Positions 26,604-37,697 are shown, counted from the first letter of the stretch. The stretch: 64,000 bases of DNA from an uncultured Candidatus Saccharibacteria bacterium (GCA_964371255.1 CAYJKV010000004.1:39613-103612); one strand, 5' to 3'. Numbers and translations: made by a program. The notes: generated by a model from the letters alone, not told the origin.

Positions 26604-27019
26604 ATGTGCTGATAATAAATACAGCAGCAGAAAAGCCCTATGTTAGTTTGTATCAGGATAAACAGCGCGTGGGGCATAAGACGTGGTCGGCGGAAGCAGC
26701 GACGGGCTTAAAATTACTGGAGAGAATTGAAGGGATGTTAAAGAAAAGCGGAGTAGGGCCAGAAGATATTAACCGAATTGCGGTGCATGGCGGTCCGGGG
26801 GCGCGCTCGTCTCATGTGCGAGTGGGTGTAGTGGTAGCGTCGATGCTGAGTTTGACGAAGGGGGCAGAATTAGTAAATATAAGTGGCGAAACAGAAACAG
26901 AGGTAGTAGAGCAAGCCATGGACAAGGCGGTAGTGACAGCGATTATAATCAAGTACAAAGAGCGGGGTTACGGGCAGAATAGGGAAAAGGGAGCAAATAA
27001 AAATTGCAAGGGTGCATAA
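26600..27019 (+). CDS. tsaB: TsaB/YeaZ-like protein (tRNA t6A biosynthesis), truncated to the N-terminal half
   Basis: MNVLIINTAAEKPYVSLYQD...IAVHGGPGARSSHVRVGVVVASMLSL aligns with the TsaB N-terminus (IDTATE...IAVGxGPGSFTGVRIG). The protein is only 139 aa. Its start overlaps the upstream stop (ATGA). Confidence 0.55.
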   Translation: MNVLIINTAAEKPYVSLYQDKQRVGHKTWSAEAATGLKLLERIEGMLKKSGVGPEDINRIAVHGGPGARSSHVRVGVVVASMLSLTKGAELVNISGETETEVVEQAMDKAVVTAIIIKYKERGYGQNREKGANKNCKGA

Positions 27020-27303
27020 AATCTATTTTGTCAAAGACGCTTGACGTATGGCCAAAGATTGCTCTATACTTAATTTTACGTTTTTCAGAGGACTGATCTG
27101 TGTGTAGATCAATTTTATATCTAGACCACAGCAGGTGCGCAGAGCACATAAAATTCGCTCTGTTGGGTCTAAAATATCATGCATAACCTGTGGGTTTAGA
27201 AACTTAGACTTTTCCACAGGCACTTGGCTAGTGTTATGGTTTTATAGTATAGAAAAGTATTTTTGTTGGAGTTTATATATAGATAGATAACAAAAAACTG
27301 ATT

Positions 27304-30300
27304 GTGTCAAACGAGGTTAGACAGAGAAAAACTTTTTCAGAGTATTCGGCAGGCGTAGCAGAGCCGCCGCATTTGTTAAGTACAAGTCTTAATTCATACA
27401 AGTGGTTTGTTGAAGAAGGACTGGGAGAGTTATTCAAAGAAATCTCGCCGATAGTGGATTATGCCGGCAACCTGGAATTGTACTTCCTGGACCACTATCT
27501 GGATACACCAAAACATACCGAAGAAACAGCAAAAGACCGCAACGCCACTTTTGAAGCGCCAATTCGGAGCGCGGTGCGCTTGGTAAATAAGAAGACGGGT
27601 GAGGTTAAAGAGCAGGAAGTTTATTTGGGTGAATTTCCGGTAATGACTGACCGAGCGACTTTTGTGATTAATGGCGTGGAGCGTGTTGTAGTAGCCCAGC
27701 TGATTCGTTCACCTGGGGTATTTTTTAACTCCTCTTTTAACAAGGGACGAACTTGGTATGGGGCAAAGATAATTCCTAATCGGGGGGCTTGGTTGGAACT
27801 GGAAACAGCGGCTGATGGAGCCGTTTATGTCCGAATTGACCGTAAGAGAAAAGTGGCGGTCACCAGTTTACTGCGTGCTATGGGGATCGCAACGAACGAC
27901 AAACTTAAGGAACTGTTTAGCAGTTGGGCACAGGAATTAAAGAGCGATAAGGTCAGTGTGGACGAGGTGATGAAATACATCGATGCGACTTTGGCCAAGG
28001 ACGTGGCCAATAACCAGGCGGAAGGCTTAAAAGAAGTTTATAAACGGTTGCGGCCGGGAGATATGGCGACGGCTGATAATGCCAGACAAATGGTGCAGGA
28101 CATGTTTTTCCGGTTTGACCGATATGATTTTGGCGCGGTTGGTCGTTATCGCATGAACCAACGGTTAGGGATGAGTGTGCCGAAGGACCAGGAGAATCGA
28201 GTCTTTAAAGTGGATGACCTGATCGCCGTGATTAGAGAAGTGATACGTTTGAATATTACACAAGAAATGGCTGATGACATCGATCATTTGGGTAACCGGC
28301 GAGTGCGGCCGGTCGGCGAGCTTATTCAAAATAAGTTTCGTGTTGGTTTAATGCGGATGGAGAGAATTGCCAAGGATCGAATGAGCACACTCGACTTGGA
28401 GAAGGTAACTCCGTCCCAGCTGGTGAACGCTCGACCAATTATCGCCGCGGTAAAAGAGTTCTTCACGAGTTCGCAGCTGTCCCAGTTTATGGACCAGACT
28501 AATCCGTTATCGGAAGTGGAGCATAAGCGTCGGATGAGCGCGATGGGGCCGGGTGGATTGGACCGACATCGAGCTGGTTTCGAGGTGCGCGACGTTCATC
28601 GATCCCATTATGGTCGGATATGCCCTATTCAGTCCCCAGAAGGACCAAACATCGGTTTAGTTGGACATATGGCATTGTATTCGCGCTTGAATGAATATGG
28701 TTTCCTGGAAACACCTTATCGGAAGGTAGTGGATGGTCGAGTGACTAAAGAGATTGAATATCTTGACGCTTATAACGAAGAGAAGCACATCATTGCCCAG
28801 GCGGGTGAGTTATTGGACAGTAATGGCCGATTTAAGAGCGAGAAGATTGAAGCTCGTCGCGCGGGGGAATTTTCGGAAGTAGCACCAGATGAAGTGGATT
28901 ATATGGACGTTTCGACAGCGCAAATTGTGAGCATCGCAGCGGGGTTAATTCCCTTTATTGAGCATGATGATGCCCAAAGAGCATTGATGGGTTCGAACAT
29001 GCAGCGGCAAGCGGTCCCGTCCGTGGTGCCGCGGGCGCCGTTGGTAGGAACTGGTTTAGAAGCTCGAGCAGCCAAGGATTCGGGACAAACGATTGTGAGC
29101 GGGCTGGACGGAGAAGTAACAGAAGTAGATGCGCAACATATTGTGGTAGCGGGCAAGGGAGAAGAGAAGGAGATCCATCGTCTGCAGCAGTTCCAGCGGA
29201 GTAACCATTCAACAGCCATGACGCAGAGACCGTTAGTTGATAAGGGACAGGAGGTAAAGAAAGGTGACTTGCTGGCGGACGGTTCAGCCACAGAGCAAGG
29301 TGAGGTTGCGTTAGGACAGAACGTATTGGTCGCTTTCATTCCGTGGTACGGCGGCAACTTTGAAGACGCCATGGTGGTGTCGGAACGGGTCGTTAAAGAC
29401 AATATGTATACCTCCGTGCACGTAGAAGATTTCTTAGTGGATGTGCGGGATACCAAATTAGGGCCGGAAGTGATTACACGAGACATTCCTAATGTCAGCG
29501 AGGAAAAACTGCGGAACCTGGGAGCTGAAGGCATCGTGCGCATTGGAGCGGAAGTGAGATCCGGCGACATTTTAGTGGGAAAAGTTACTAATAAAGGAGA
29601 GACTGATCTAACGGCTGAAGAGAGACTATTGCGAGCGATCTTTGGCGAGAAAGCTAAGGATGTGAAAGACACCTCTTTATATCTGCAGCATGGAGAAATG
29701 GGTAAGGTGGTTGACGTCAAAACGTTTTCTCGAGAAGAGGGAGATAAATTGCCCAGTGGCGTCTTGCAACAAGTACAGGTTAGTGTAGCGACAATGAGAA
29801 AGCTGCAGGTTGGAGATAAGTTGGCCGGCCGACATGGTAACAAAGGCGTCATTTCCGAGATCAGACCAGTCGAAGATATGCCTTACCTAGAAGACGGCAC
29901 GCCAGTGGATGTGGTATTGAATCCAATGGGAGTAGCGAGCCGCATGAATATCGGACAGATACTGGAGACACATTTGGGTATCGCGGCCGCCAAATCAAAT
30001 TACTATGTGGCCACACCGCCATTCGCTGGGGTGACAGAAAAAGAAATCAAGGAACAGCTCAAAGCGGTTGGACTGCCGGAGGACGGTAAGGTTGATTTAT
30101 ACGATGGATTGTCAGGACAAAAGTTTGACCATCGGGTAACGGTGGGCATGATGTATGTGTTAAAGCTGCATCATTTAGTGGATGAGAAGATCCATATGCG
30201 CAGTACCGGGCCGTACTCCCTAGTGACACAACAGCCGTTGGGAGGAAAAGCACAGTTCGGCGGACAGCGCTTTGGGGAAATGGAAGTGTGGGCTCTGGAA

Positions 30301-30579
30301 GCGTATGGCGCGGCCTATAGTTTGCAAGAAATGCTAACGATTAAGTCCGACGATGTGCCGGGCAGAAGCAAAACGTACGAGTCTATCGTGAAGGGGACGT
30401 CAATTCAACCGCCGCGGGTGCCAGCCGCTTTTGATGTCTTAGTCAAGGAGTTGAAGGGTTTGGCGCTGGATGTGGAGTTGTTGGGCGGCGTCATAGAGCA
30501 AAAAGCAGAGGAAGAAGCGCTGTCCGGCGTGGCGATTGAAGCGGCGGCGGATAAGGGAAGAGAAATTAAGATTAGATAA
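27304..30579 (+). CDS. rpoB: DNA-directed RNA polymerase subunit beta
   Basis: 1091 aa with canonical RpoB blocks (FFRFDRYDFGAVGRYRMNQRLG, SQLSQFMDQTNPLSEVEHKRR, NMQRQAVP, GGQRFGEMEVWALEAYGAAY). GTG start. Confidence 0.97.
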   Translation: MSNEVRQRKTFSEYSAGVAEPPHLLSTSLNSYKWFVEEGLGELFKEISPIVDYAGNLELYFLDHYLDTPKHTEETAKDRNATFEAPIRSAVRLVNKKTGEVKEQEVYLGEFPVMTDRATFVINGVERVVVAQLIRSPGVFFNSSFNKGRTWYGAKIIPNRGAWLELETAADGAVYVRIDRKRKVAVTSLLRAMGIATNDKLKELFSSWAQELKSDKVSVDEVMKYIDATLAKDVANNQAEGLKEVYKRLRPGDMATADNARQMVQDMFFRFDRYDFGAVGRYRMNQRLGMSVPKDQENRVFKVDDLIAVIREVIRLNITQEMADDIDHLGNRRVRPVGELIQNKFRVGLMRMERIAKDRMSTLDLEKVTPSQLVNARPIIAAVKEFFTSSQLSQFMDQTNPLSEVEHKRRMSAMGPGGLDRHRAGFEVRDVHRSHYGRICPIQSPEGPNIGLVGHMALYSRLNEYGFLETPYRKVVDGRVTKEIEYLDAYNEEKHIIAQAGELLDSNGRFKSEKIEARRAGEFSEVAPDEVDYMDVSTAQIVSIAAGLIPFIEHDDAQRALMGSNMQRQAVPSVVPRAPLVGTGLEARAAKDSGQTIVSGLDGEVTEVDAQHIVVAGKGEEKEIHRLQQFQRSNHSTAMTQRPLVDKGQEVKKGDLLADGSATEQGEVALGQNVLVAFIPWYGGNFEDAMVVSERVVKDNMYTSVHVEDFLVDVRDTKLGPEVITRDIPNVSEEKLRNLGAEGIVRIGAEVRSGDILVGKVTNKGETDLTAEERLLRAIFGEKAKDVKDTSLYLQHGEMGKVVDVKTFSREEGDKLPSGVLQQVQVSVATMRKLQVGDKLAGRHGNKGVISEIRPVEDMPYLEDGTPVDVVLNPMGVASRMNIGQILETHLGIAAAKSNYYVATPPFAGVTEKEIKEQLKAVGLPEDGKVDLYDGLSGQKFDHRVTVGMMYVLKLHHLVDEKIHMRSTGPYSLVTQQPLGGKAQFGGQRFGEMEVWALEAYGAAYSLQEMLTIKSDDVPGRSKTYESIVKGTSIQPPRVPAAFDVLVKELKGLALDVELLGGVIEQKAEEEALSGVAIEAAADKGREIKIR

Positions 30580-30585
30580 CTTATT

Positions 30586-33500
30586 ATGAGAGACGAAGTA
30601 AAAAGTATTGCTGATTTTGACGCCGTGCGCTTAACACTAGCGTCGCCGGAAAAGATACTGGATTGGTCCCACGGTGAGGTCACTAAACCGGAAACCATTA
30701 ACTACCGCACGCAAAAGCCGGAGAAAGACGGTTTGTTTGACGAGAGAATTTTTGGTCCGACAAAAGACTGGGAATGTTACTGCGGTAAATACCGACGGAT
30801 CCGTTACAAGGGGATTATTTGTGACAAATGCGGGGTGGAGGTCACGCGGTCAATTGTCCGACGCGAACGTATGGCCCATATTAAATTGGCGACACCGGTA
30901 TCTCATATTTGGTTTTTACGAGGCGTACCGTCCAAGATGGGTTTATTATTAGATATAAATGTCAGTCAATTAGAAAAAGTAATATATTTTGCTTCATATA
31001 TAGTGACAGAGGTGGATGAGACGGCCAAAAAAGAAGTGTTGGCACGCCTAGACAGTGAAGGAAATTCGAAGCGTACCGCTTTGAAGAAAGGCTATAAGCA
31101 GCTGCGAGCGGCGGTGGAGAAAGGTAATGTTAAGAAAAAAGAACAATTGATTAAGCAAGAAAAAGAAGAGACTGATAAATTGAACGCGGCGATCAATAAA
31201 GCTGAGAATAGTCTGAAAGATTTGAAACCTTACCAGATAATTTCTGAGGTGGAATATCGAGAATTGTCGCTCAAATATGGCCACGTATTTAAAGCGGGTA
31301 TTGGATCGGAAGCAATCCGCTCTATTTTTGAAGCGATGGATTTGGAAAAAATTTCAACTAAGTTTTTAAGTGAGCTAGAGGAAGCGTCGGCGGCCAAGCG
31401 GAAGAAAATTTCGCGGCGATTATCGCTGGTGCGCTCATTGCAAAAAGCGCTGATCAGACCCGAGTGGATGTTCTTAACGGTCTTGCCAGTGATTCCACCA
31501 GACTTACGCCCGATGGTGCAGTTAGACGGGGGAAGATTTGCGGCGTCGGATTTGAATGATTTATACAGACGAGTAATTAATCGCAATAATCGCTTGCGCC
31601 GTTTGTTGGAGTTGGGTGCGCCGGAGGTCATTACACGTAATGAGAAGCGGATGCTGCAAGAGGCAGTTGACGCTTTGATCGACAACGCAGCGAGACGGGG
31701 ATCGACCACGACCAGCGTGACTGGACAGAGAAGACAGCTCAAGTCTTTGGCTGACATGCTAAAAGGTAAACAGGGGCGATTCCGACAGAATTTATTAGGG
31801 AAAAGGGTAGATTACTCAGGACGGTCCGTGATTGTCGTGGGGCCCGAGTTGGAATTACACCAGTGCGGTTTACCGAAATTAATGGCCTTGGAACTGTTCA
31901 AGCCGTTTGTGATTCACGAGTTAATCGAAAGAGAATTGGCGCATAACATTCGGTCTGCATCACGTTTAATCGAACAGAGTGTGCCAGAAGTATGGGATGC
32001 ATTAGAAGATGTAACCAGTTCACATAAAGTGTTGCTGAACAGAGCGCCAACTTTGCATCGTTTGGGTATTCAAGCTTTCCAACCAGTGCTAATAGAGGGC
32101 AAAGCTATCCAGATCCACCCGATGGTGACGACACCGTTTAACGCAGATTTTGACGGTGACCAAATGGCAGTTCATGTGCCGTTATCCGATAAAGCCCGGT
32201 ACGAGGCGGATGAGATCATGTTGTCGAGTCATAATTTATTGAAACCCGCGGACGGCCAGCCAGCGACATCAGCCACCCAAGACATTGTGCTGGGTATCTA
32301 CTATATAACCAAGCCGATAAAAGGATCCTTGGGCGAAGGCAAGACGTTCTCGTCTTTTGCTGAAGCTTTGATGGCTTACGAAATGGATTATATAGCAGTC
32401 AACGCGAGCATCAATTTGCCGAACCCAGAAAAACCAAAGGAAATGGTGGAGACGACCATCGGGCGGGTTGCTTTGTACGAAGTCTTACCGGAAGGTTTTG
32501 GTTTTATTAACGAGACCTTAGATAAATCCAAACTGAAAAAGATTATCGGTCGAGTGCTAGGCCAGCACGGCCAAGCTGTCACCGCCTCTTTCTTGGACCG
32601 GCTAAAGAGTTTAGGTTTCAAGTTCGCGACACGCAGCGGTTTGTCTTGGGGGATGAATGATTTGATCGTGCCAACCGAAAAGAAATCAATCTTGAAGGAA
32701 GCGCAAGCCAAAGTGGATATTATTAGCGATCAATACAAGAATGGATTGTTAACAAATGAGGAGAGATATCGAATGACGGTAGCGGTTTGGGAAGAGGTGC
32801 GTGAGCAGATGAATAAATTAGGAGAAAAGACTTTGGACAATAACGGGACAGTATACCAATTAGTGAATTCCGGAGCACGCGGTTCATGGACGCAGGTCAT
32901 GCAGATGATGGGTATGAAAGGAACAGTGGCAGGACCAACCGGAGAAGTAGTGGAGGTACCGATTAAGAGTAGTTTTAAGGAAGGATTCTCCGCTCTGGAA
33001 TACTTCTTGTCGACGCACGGAACTCGAAAAGGTATGGCGGATACCGCCCTAAGAACTGCCACCGCTGGATATTTAACCAGACGTTTGGTAAACGTGGCAC
33101 AAGACGTGGTGGTCCACGACGAAGACTGTCAGGACACTGAGGGTGGAGTGGTGACAGCTGAAGACAGCGAAGAAATTGGGACGACCTTAGGAGCCCGGGT
33201 GATGGGCCGTGTATTGGCAGCGCCGTTACGTCATCCCAAGACGGAGGAAGTAGTGTTTCAACGCGGCACTTCAATTGGCCGGCCAGAAGCGGAAAAGATT
33301 GATCAATTGGGTGTGCCGGAAGTAATAGTACGCTCGGTGGTGACATGTAAAGCGCCGGATGGTATTTGCCGGCAATGTTACGGATGGGACTTGGGTCGCA
33401 ATGAAGTGGTAGAAATTGGACAGCCGGTGGGAGTAGTAGCAGCCCAGTCTATCGGTGAGCCTGGAACACAGTTAACAATGAGAACTTTCCATTCTGGCGG

Positions 33501-34452
33501 AGTAGGCGGCGGCGACATCACCCAAGGATTACCGCGGGTGGAGGAATTGTTTGAGGCTCGCGTGCCCAAAGGTGAAGCGATTATGAGTAATATTGATGGA
33601 ATAGTTAAGATTCGTCATGAAAAGGACGAGATTCAGTTAACCGTAACGTCGAAGGGCACTATTATCCGACACTTTGATATTCGCGGAGCTAAATTAGTGA
33701 AAGGGGTGAAGGATAAGGCGTCCGTTAAAGAAGGAGATATCTTGTTTACGAATGTGCATGCGGAAAAGACTAAGGCGCCGTTTAGCGGCACACTTAACTT
33801 GCATGAAGATAAATTAACTCTCCGAGGCCGCAGTAAGGAAGTCGGGGAATACACGGTACCAGGCAATACAACCTTGAATGTTAAAGATGGCGAAGAAGTT
33901 TCCGCTGGAGAGCAGTTAACTGAAGGACACTTGAATGTGCAGGATTTATTCGCGGTGGCTGGCGTGCGCGCGGTGCAGCGATACATCTTACGTGAAGTAC
34001 AACAGGTCTATGCCATACAAGGAGAAACAATTAATGATAAACATTTGGAGATTATTGTCAGACAAATGATGAGCCGCGTCAGAGTGCATGAGTCAGGCGA
34101 TACAGAGTTGCTGTCTGGGCGGATTGTTGAGTTAGCCGAATATTTAGCAGCAAACAAGAAAGCGGAAGCGGAAGGCAAGAAGTTGGCAGTAGGTGAGCGG
34201 CTGCTATTAGGTATTACAAAAGTGTCGCTGACGACGCGAAGTTTCTTAGCCGCAGCATCGTTTATGGAAACAGCTAGAGTGATGATTGACGCGGCGGTAA
34301 CAGGTAGAGCAGATAACCTGGAAGGACTCAAAGAAAACGTGATAATCGGCCGACTAATACCAGTGGGAACAGGTTATGAGGATAGTCGTGTAGCGGGAGA
34401 CCAAGCGGATTCGGTAGCCGAAATTGAGAATAAACGGGACCAAGTTGAATAA
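30586..34452 (+). CDS. rpoC: DNA-directed RNA polymerase subunit beta-prime
   Basis: 1288 aa. Zn-finger CYCGKYRRIRYKGIICDKCGVEV, the catalytic NADFDGDQMAVH motif and a conserved C-terminal region. Confidence 0.97.
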   Translation: MRDEVKSIADFDAVRLTLASPEKILDWSHGEVTKPETINYRTQKPEKDGLFDERIFGPTKDWECYCGKYRRIRYKGIICDKCGVEVTRSIVRRERMAHIKLATPVSHIWFLRGVPSKMGLLLDINVSQLEKVIYFASYIVTEVDETAKKEVLARLDSEGNSKRTALKKGYKQLRAAVEKGNVKKKEQLIKQEKEETDKLNAAINKAENSLKDLKPYQIISEVEYRELSLKYGHVFKAGIGSEAIRSIFEAMDLEKISTKFLSELEEASAAKRKKISRRLSLVRSLQKALIRPEWMFLTVLPVIPPDLRPMVQLDGGRFAASDLNDLYRRVINRNNRLRRLLELGAPEVITRNEKRMLQEAVDALIDNAARRGSTTTSVTGQRRQLKSLADMLKGKQGRFRQNLLGKRVDYSGRSVIVVGPELELHQCGLPKLMALELFKPFVIHELIERELAHNIRSASRLIEQSVPEVWDALEDVTSSHKVLLNRAPTLHRLGIQAFQPVLIEGKAIQIHPMVTTPFNADFDGDQMAVHVPLSDKARYEADEIMLSSHNLLKPADGQPATSATQDIVLGIYYITKPIKGSLGEGKTFSSFAEALMAYEMDYIAVNASINLPNPEKPKEMVETTIGRVALYEVLPEGFGFINETLDKSKLKKIIGRVLGQHGQAVTASFLDRLKSLGFKFATRSGLSWGMNDLIVPTEKKSILKEAQAKVDIISDQYKNGLLTNEERYRMTVAVWEEVREQMNKLGEKTLDNNGTVYQLVNSGARGSWTQVMQMMGMKGTVAGPTGEVVEVPIKSSFKEGFSALEYFLSTHGTRKGMADTALRTATAGYLTRRLVNVAQDVVVHDEDCQDTEGGVVTAEDSEEIGTTLGARVMGRVLAAPLRHPKTEEVVFQRGTSIGRPEAEKIDQLGVPEVIVRSVVTCKAPDGICRQCYGWDLGRNEVVEIGQPVGVVAAQSIGEPGTQLTMRTFHSGGVGGGDITQGLPRVEELFEARVPKGEAIMSNIDGIVKIRHEKDEIQLTVTSKGTIIRHFDIRGAKLVKGVKDKASVKEGDILFTNVHAEKTKAPFSGTLNLHEDKLTLRGRSKEVGEYTVPGNTTLNVKDGEEVSAGEQLTEGHLNVQDLFAVAGVRAVQRYILREVQQVYAIQGETINDKHLEIIVRQMMSRVRVHESGDTELLSGRIVELAEYLAANKKAEAEGKKLAVGERLLLGITKVSLTTRSFLAAASFMETARVMIDAAVTGRADNLEGLKENVIIGRLIPVGTGYEDSRVAGDQADSVAEIENKRDQVE

Positions 34453-34728
34453 TTTAGAGGGGCTTGATTAATCCGACAGGACCGCAAAGTGGTCGGCGAA
34501 ATAAAATTCTGTTTATGGTAAATAGTGGCTTGTTTTAGCTGATAATGTTTGGCGTATAAGCGGCAGGTTGCTTGGTAAGGATGATGAGGCAGCTGATAGG
34601 ATAGTATTTTCAATAGTTTCTGAGCTAATTTATTAGCTCGAACACAGTTGGGGTAAGATGTATACTAAACCCATAATAACGGGAGTCTCGTGGTTGTTAA
34701 TTAGAGCAATTAATTACTTAGCGAATAG

Positions 34729-36939
34729 ATGAATCTTATGCGTCTAAATCCTTTTAGCAGGAAAAGAAAACGTCGTCGGACTTCGCATGTACCGGTCGAA
34801 ACAGGCTGGCTTTCGCCGTACGCGAAGAAGGCGGTGACCGGGATTATTCTGTTAGTTGTAGCGTTAATTGCACTGCTCAGTTTTGCAGATATGGCTGGCC
34901 CGTTTGGCGAGGGTTTGCAAAATATTTTTGTTATGCTGTTTGGCTGGCTGGGATATATCATGCCGATTGCTTTGATAGCGCTGGGTGTTTACCTGGTATG
35001 GCCACAATGGGTGACCTTGGAAAGACTGCGAGTAATCGGAGTGGCCCTAGCGCTGCTTGGCTTATTAGGATTGTTACATATCTGGGGGGTGCCTGATGAT
35101 GATATGCTGCAAGCGGCTTATGACGGTCGGGGAGGCGGATTTATAGGTTTTATGTTGAGTTTTCCCTTGAGTCAAGCGTTATCGCAGGTGGCAGCGGCGT
35201 TAATTTTTTTGGGTGCATTTTTTATCGGTTTAATCTTAACATTCCGGTTGTCGCCGGCCGATATTTGGGAAAAAGTGACCGGATCATGGACAGGAACAGA
35301 AGCAGGGGAAGAAGAGAGCGAAGACATGGTGGAAAGGGTGCCTCATTTTCGAGTTAATCCGGTGCTTCGGGCGCCGGTCGTTACGGAGCCGGCAGTAGCA
35401 GATAATACCGAGGAGGGAAATAAGGCGTTAGTGAAAAGAAACTTGAGCCGTCGCTACCGACCGGCCATTTTAAAGTATCTGCAAGAATCCTCGACGGCTG
35501 CCAAGCTGAACAAGGATGACGAAAGAAACATTAAGGAAGCGATCCGGCGGACGTTAGAGAACTTTGGAATTATGGTAGAGATGGGTGGAACAAATGTGGG
35601 GCCAACAGTGACGCAATTTACCCTACGACCGGAGGAAGGGATTAAGCTATCACGCATTACTGCCCTGCAGAACGATCTAGCTTTAGCCTTGGCGGCTCAT
35701 CCGATTAGGATTGAAGCGCCGATCCCGAATACTAATTTAGTGGGCATAGAAATACCAAATAAGGCACCTTCGTTAGTTCGCCTGCGAGGGTTACTAACGT
35801 CGCGGGAGTTCAAGGAGGCGGAAACTCCACTGGCGTTTCCAATGGGTTTGGATGTGTCGGGGAAGGTCGTGGTGGAATCACTTGATCGACTGCCGCACCT
35901 GTTAATAGCGGGAGCGACCGGGTCCGGGAAATCAGTTTGTATTCATTCGTTGTTGATTTCCTGGTTATTTAGAAATTCTCCCGAGGCGTTGAAACTAATC
36001 ATGGTAGATCCGAAACGGGTGGAGTTAACGCCTTATAACGGTATCCCCCACTTATTGTCACCGGTGATAGTAGATACAGAAAAGACGATAAATGCGTTGA
36101 AGTGGGCGATTGAGGAGATGGAGACTAGGTACCGGTTATTGGAGGATTCTGGTTCGCGTAATTTGCCGTCTTTTAATTTGAATAATCCGACGGAGGCTAA
36201 ACCGTACATAGTAGTCGTGATTGATGAGTTAGCAGACTTAATGGTGAAACATGCCCGGGAAGTGGAGGGACCAATTGTGCGTCTCAGCCAGATGGCTCGG
36301 GCTGTGGGTATACACCTGGTGTTAGCAACACAGCGACCGTCAGTGAATGTGCTGACTGGATTAATTAAGGCTAACGTGTCATCCCGGGTCGCTTTCACGG
36401 TGGCGTCGCAGGTTGATTCCAGAACGATATTGGATATGGCCGGTGCAGAGAAATTGGTTGGCCGAGGGGATATGTTATATTTGGCGGGAGACAAGGCCCG
36501 GCCGGTCCGTATTCAGGGCGGGTTTGTCTCGGAAGAAGAAGTAAGGAACGTGGTGGATGTGATCAAAGAATCGGGTGATCCGGAATATGATGAATCAATA
36601 ACGTCCGTGATGCATGGTGGGAGCGGCGGTGGCGGACATAGCGACAGCGGCGATGATCCTTTGTTTGAAGAAGCAAAAAAGTTAGTTAGACAGGCGGGCA
36701 AGGCGAGCGCGAGCCTGCTGCAGCGCCGGTTAAGGGTGGGCTACGCACGGGCGGCGAGATTGTTAGATATGCTAGAAGATAAACAGGTGATTGGGGTGGC
36801 AGAGGGGAACAAGCCGCGGCCGGTGTTGATGGGTGAGGACAGTGAGGGAACAGAGGCGGTGGAGGAGAGAGTGGAAGTGGAGGATGAACAAGACGTGGGC
36901 GGCGGGGAAGAAGCACTGTATCAGGACAGTAAATGGTAA
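34729..36939 (+). CDS. ftsK: DNA translocase FtsK/SpoIIIE
   Basis: N-terminal TM helices, Walker A AGATGSGKSVCIHSLLIS, Walker B VVVIDELADLM, and a C-terminal gamma winged-helix domain (LLQRRLRVGYARAARLLDMLE). Confidence 0.9.
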   Translation: MNLMRLNPFSRKRKRRRTSHVPVETGWLSPYAKKAVTGIILLVVALIALLSFADMAGPFGEGLQNIFVMLFGWLGYIMPIALIALGVYLVWPQWVTLERLRVIGVALALLGLLGLLHIWGVPDDDMLQAAYDGRGGGFIGFMLSFPLSQALSQVAAALIFLGAFFIGLILTFRLSPADIWEKVTGSWTGTEAGEEESEDMVERVPHFRVNPVLRAPVVTEPAVADNTEEGNKALVKRNLSRRYRPAILKYLQESSTAAKLNKDDERNIKEAIRRTLENFGIMVEMGGTNVGPTVTQFTLRPEEGIKLSRITALQNDLALALAAHPIRIEAPIPNTNLVGIEIPNKAPSLVRLRGLLTSREFKEAETPLAFPMGLDVSGKVVVESLDRLPHLLIAGATGSGKSVCIHSLLISWLFRNSPEALKLIMVDPKRVELTPYNGIPHLLSPVIVDTEKTINALKWAIEEMETRYRLLEDSGSRNLPSFNLNNPTEAKPYIVVVIDELADLMVKHAREVEGPIVRLSQMARAVGIHLVLATQRPSVNVLTGLIKANVSSRVAFTVASQVDSRTILDMAGAEKLVGRGDMLYLAGDKARPVRIQGGFVSEEEVRNVVDVIKESGDPEYDESITSVMHGGSGGGGHSDSGDDPLFEEAKKLVRQAGKASASLLQRRLRVGYARAARLLDMLEDKQVIGVAEGNKPRPVLMGEDSEGTEAVEERVEVEDEQDVGGGEEALYQDSKW

Positions 36940-37604
36940 GCGCAATAGGCGGTAAAAAGACGGCGAAAAAGAGGGTGGGTCAGCAGTTGAGAGAAGCTCG
37001 ATTGGCGCGGCGATTGACGGTGGACGAAGTGGCTGTTGGGATTCGAATTCCACCTAAACAATTACGGGCATTAGAAGATGGAAACTTTAATGTGTTTTCG
37101 GCGGAAATATACGCCAAGGGAGCCTATACTAAATATGCTGCCTATTTAGGAGTAGATAATAACGATACATGGCACTCTTTTTTGCGGACTTTGGCGGGAG
37201 CCAGTGTTCAGGTGCCACTGCGGATACCGATACCAGCGACCTGGTGGCAAAGAGCTTTAACACCAACAGGCGTGGTTGTGTTGGTGGTCGGGCTGATTGT
37301 GTTAGCGGTGGCTGGGTATATCAGTTGGCAAGTAGTCTCCTTTGTCCGTGTACCGGAGTTAGAGCTACTGGAACCATTAGTGCCGGTTGTAGAAGGGCCG
37401 GATCTAATAATCAAAGGTCGAGCAGAAAAAGACGCAGTAGTTGAAGTAAATGGAGAGAGGGTGCTACTTAATGATGGGGGCGAATTTGAATATGTGTTAC
37501 CAGTAAAAGATGGTATTAATGTTCTGGAAGTGCGAGCGAGCGGGGCGAGCGGGCGGCTTAATACCATAACGAAACATTTATTAGTACCGAGAAATAAAAA
37601 CTAA
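36933..37604 (+). CDS. RodZ-like protein (N-terminal XRE-type HTH, single TM, extracytoplasmic C-domain)
   Basis: LREARLARRLTVDEVAVGIRIPPKQLRALEDGNF helix-turn-helix, a TM at GVVVLVVGLIVLAVAGYISW, then a C-terminal domain. Confidence 0.55.
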   Translation: MVSAIGGKKTAKKRVGQQLREARLARRLTVDEVAVGIRIPPKQLRALEDGNFNVFSAEIYAKGAYTKYAAYLGVDNNDTWHSFLRTLAGASVQVPLRIPIPATWWQRALTPTGVVVLVVGLIVLAVAGYISWQVVSFVRVPELELLEPLVPVVEGPDLIIKGRAEKDAVVEVNGERVLLNDGGEFEYVLPVKDGINVLEVRASGASGRLNTITKHLLVPRNKN

Positions 37605-37697
37605 GGGAATGGATAGGGCAACCCATTACCTGTCCTAAAAAACGTCTTGGGAACAACTGTGGTTGCGTTCGGAAGGGTGGCGCGGTACCGTTGTAGG

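Noticed and set aside
28899-29852. 317-aa minus-strand ORF inside rpoB, and similar antisense ORFs inside rpoC, ftsK, ruvA, ychF and pyk
   Set aside because: They lie entirely antisense to highly conserved housekeeping genes. They are Ser/Pro/Thr/Cys-rich translations typical of the antisense frame of GC-balanced genes. No supporting features.
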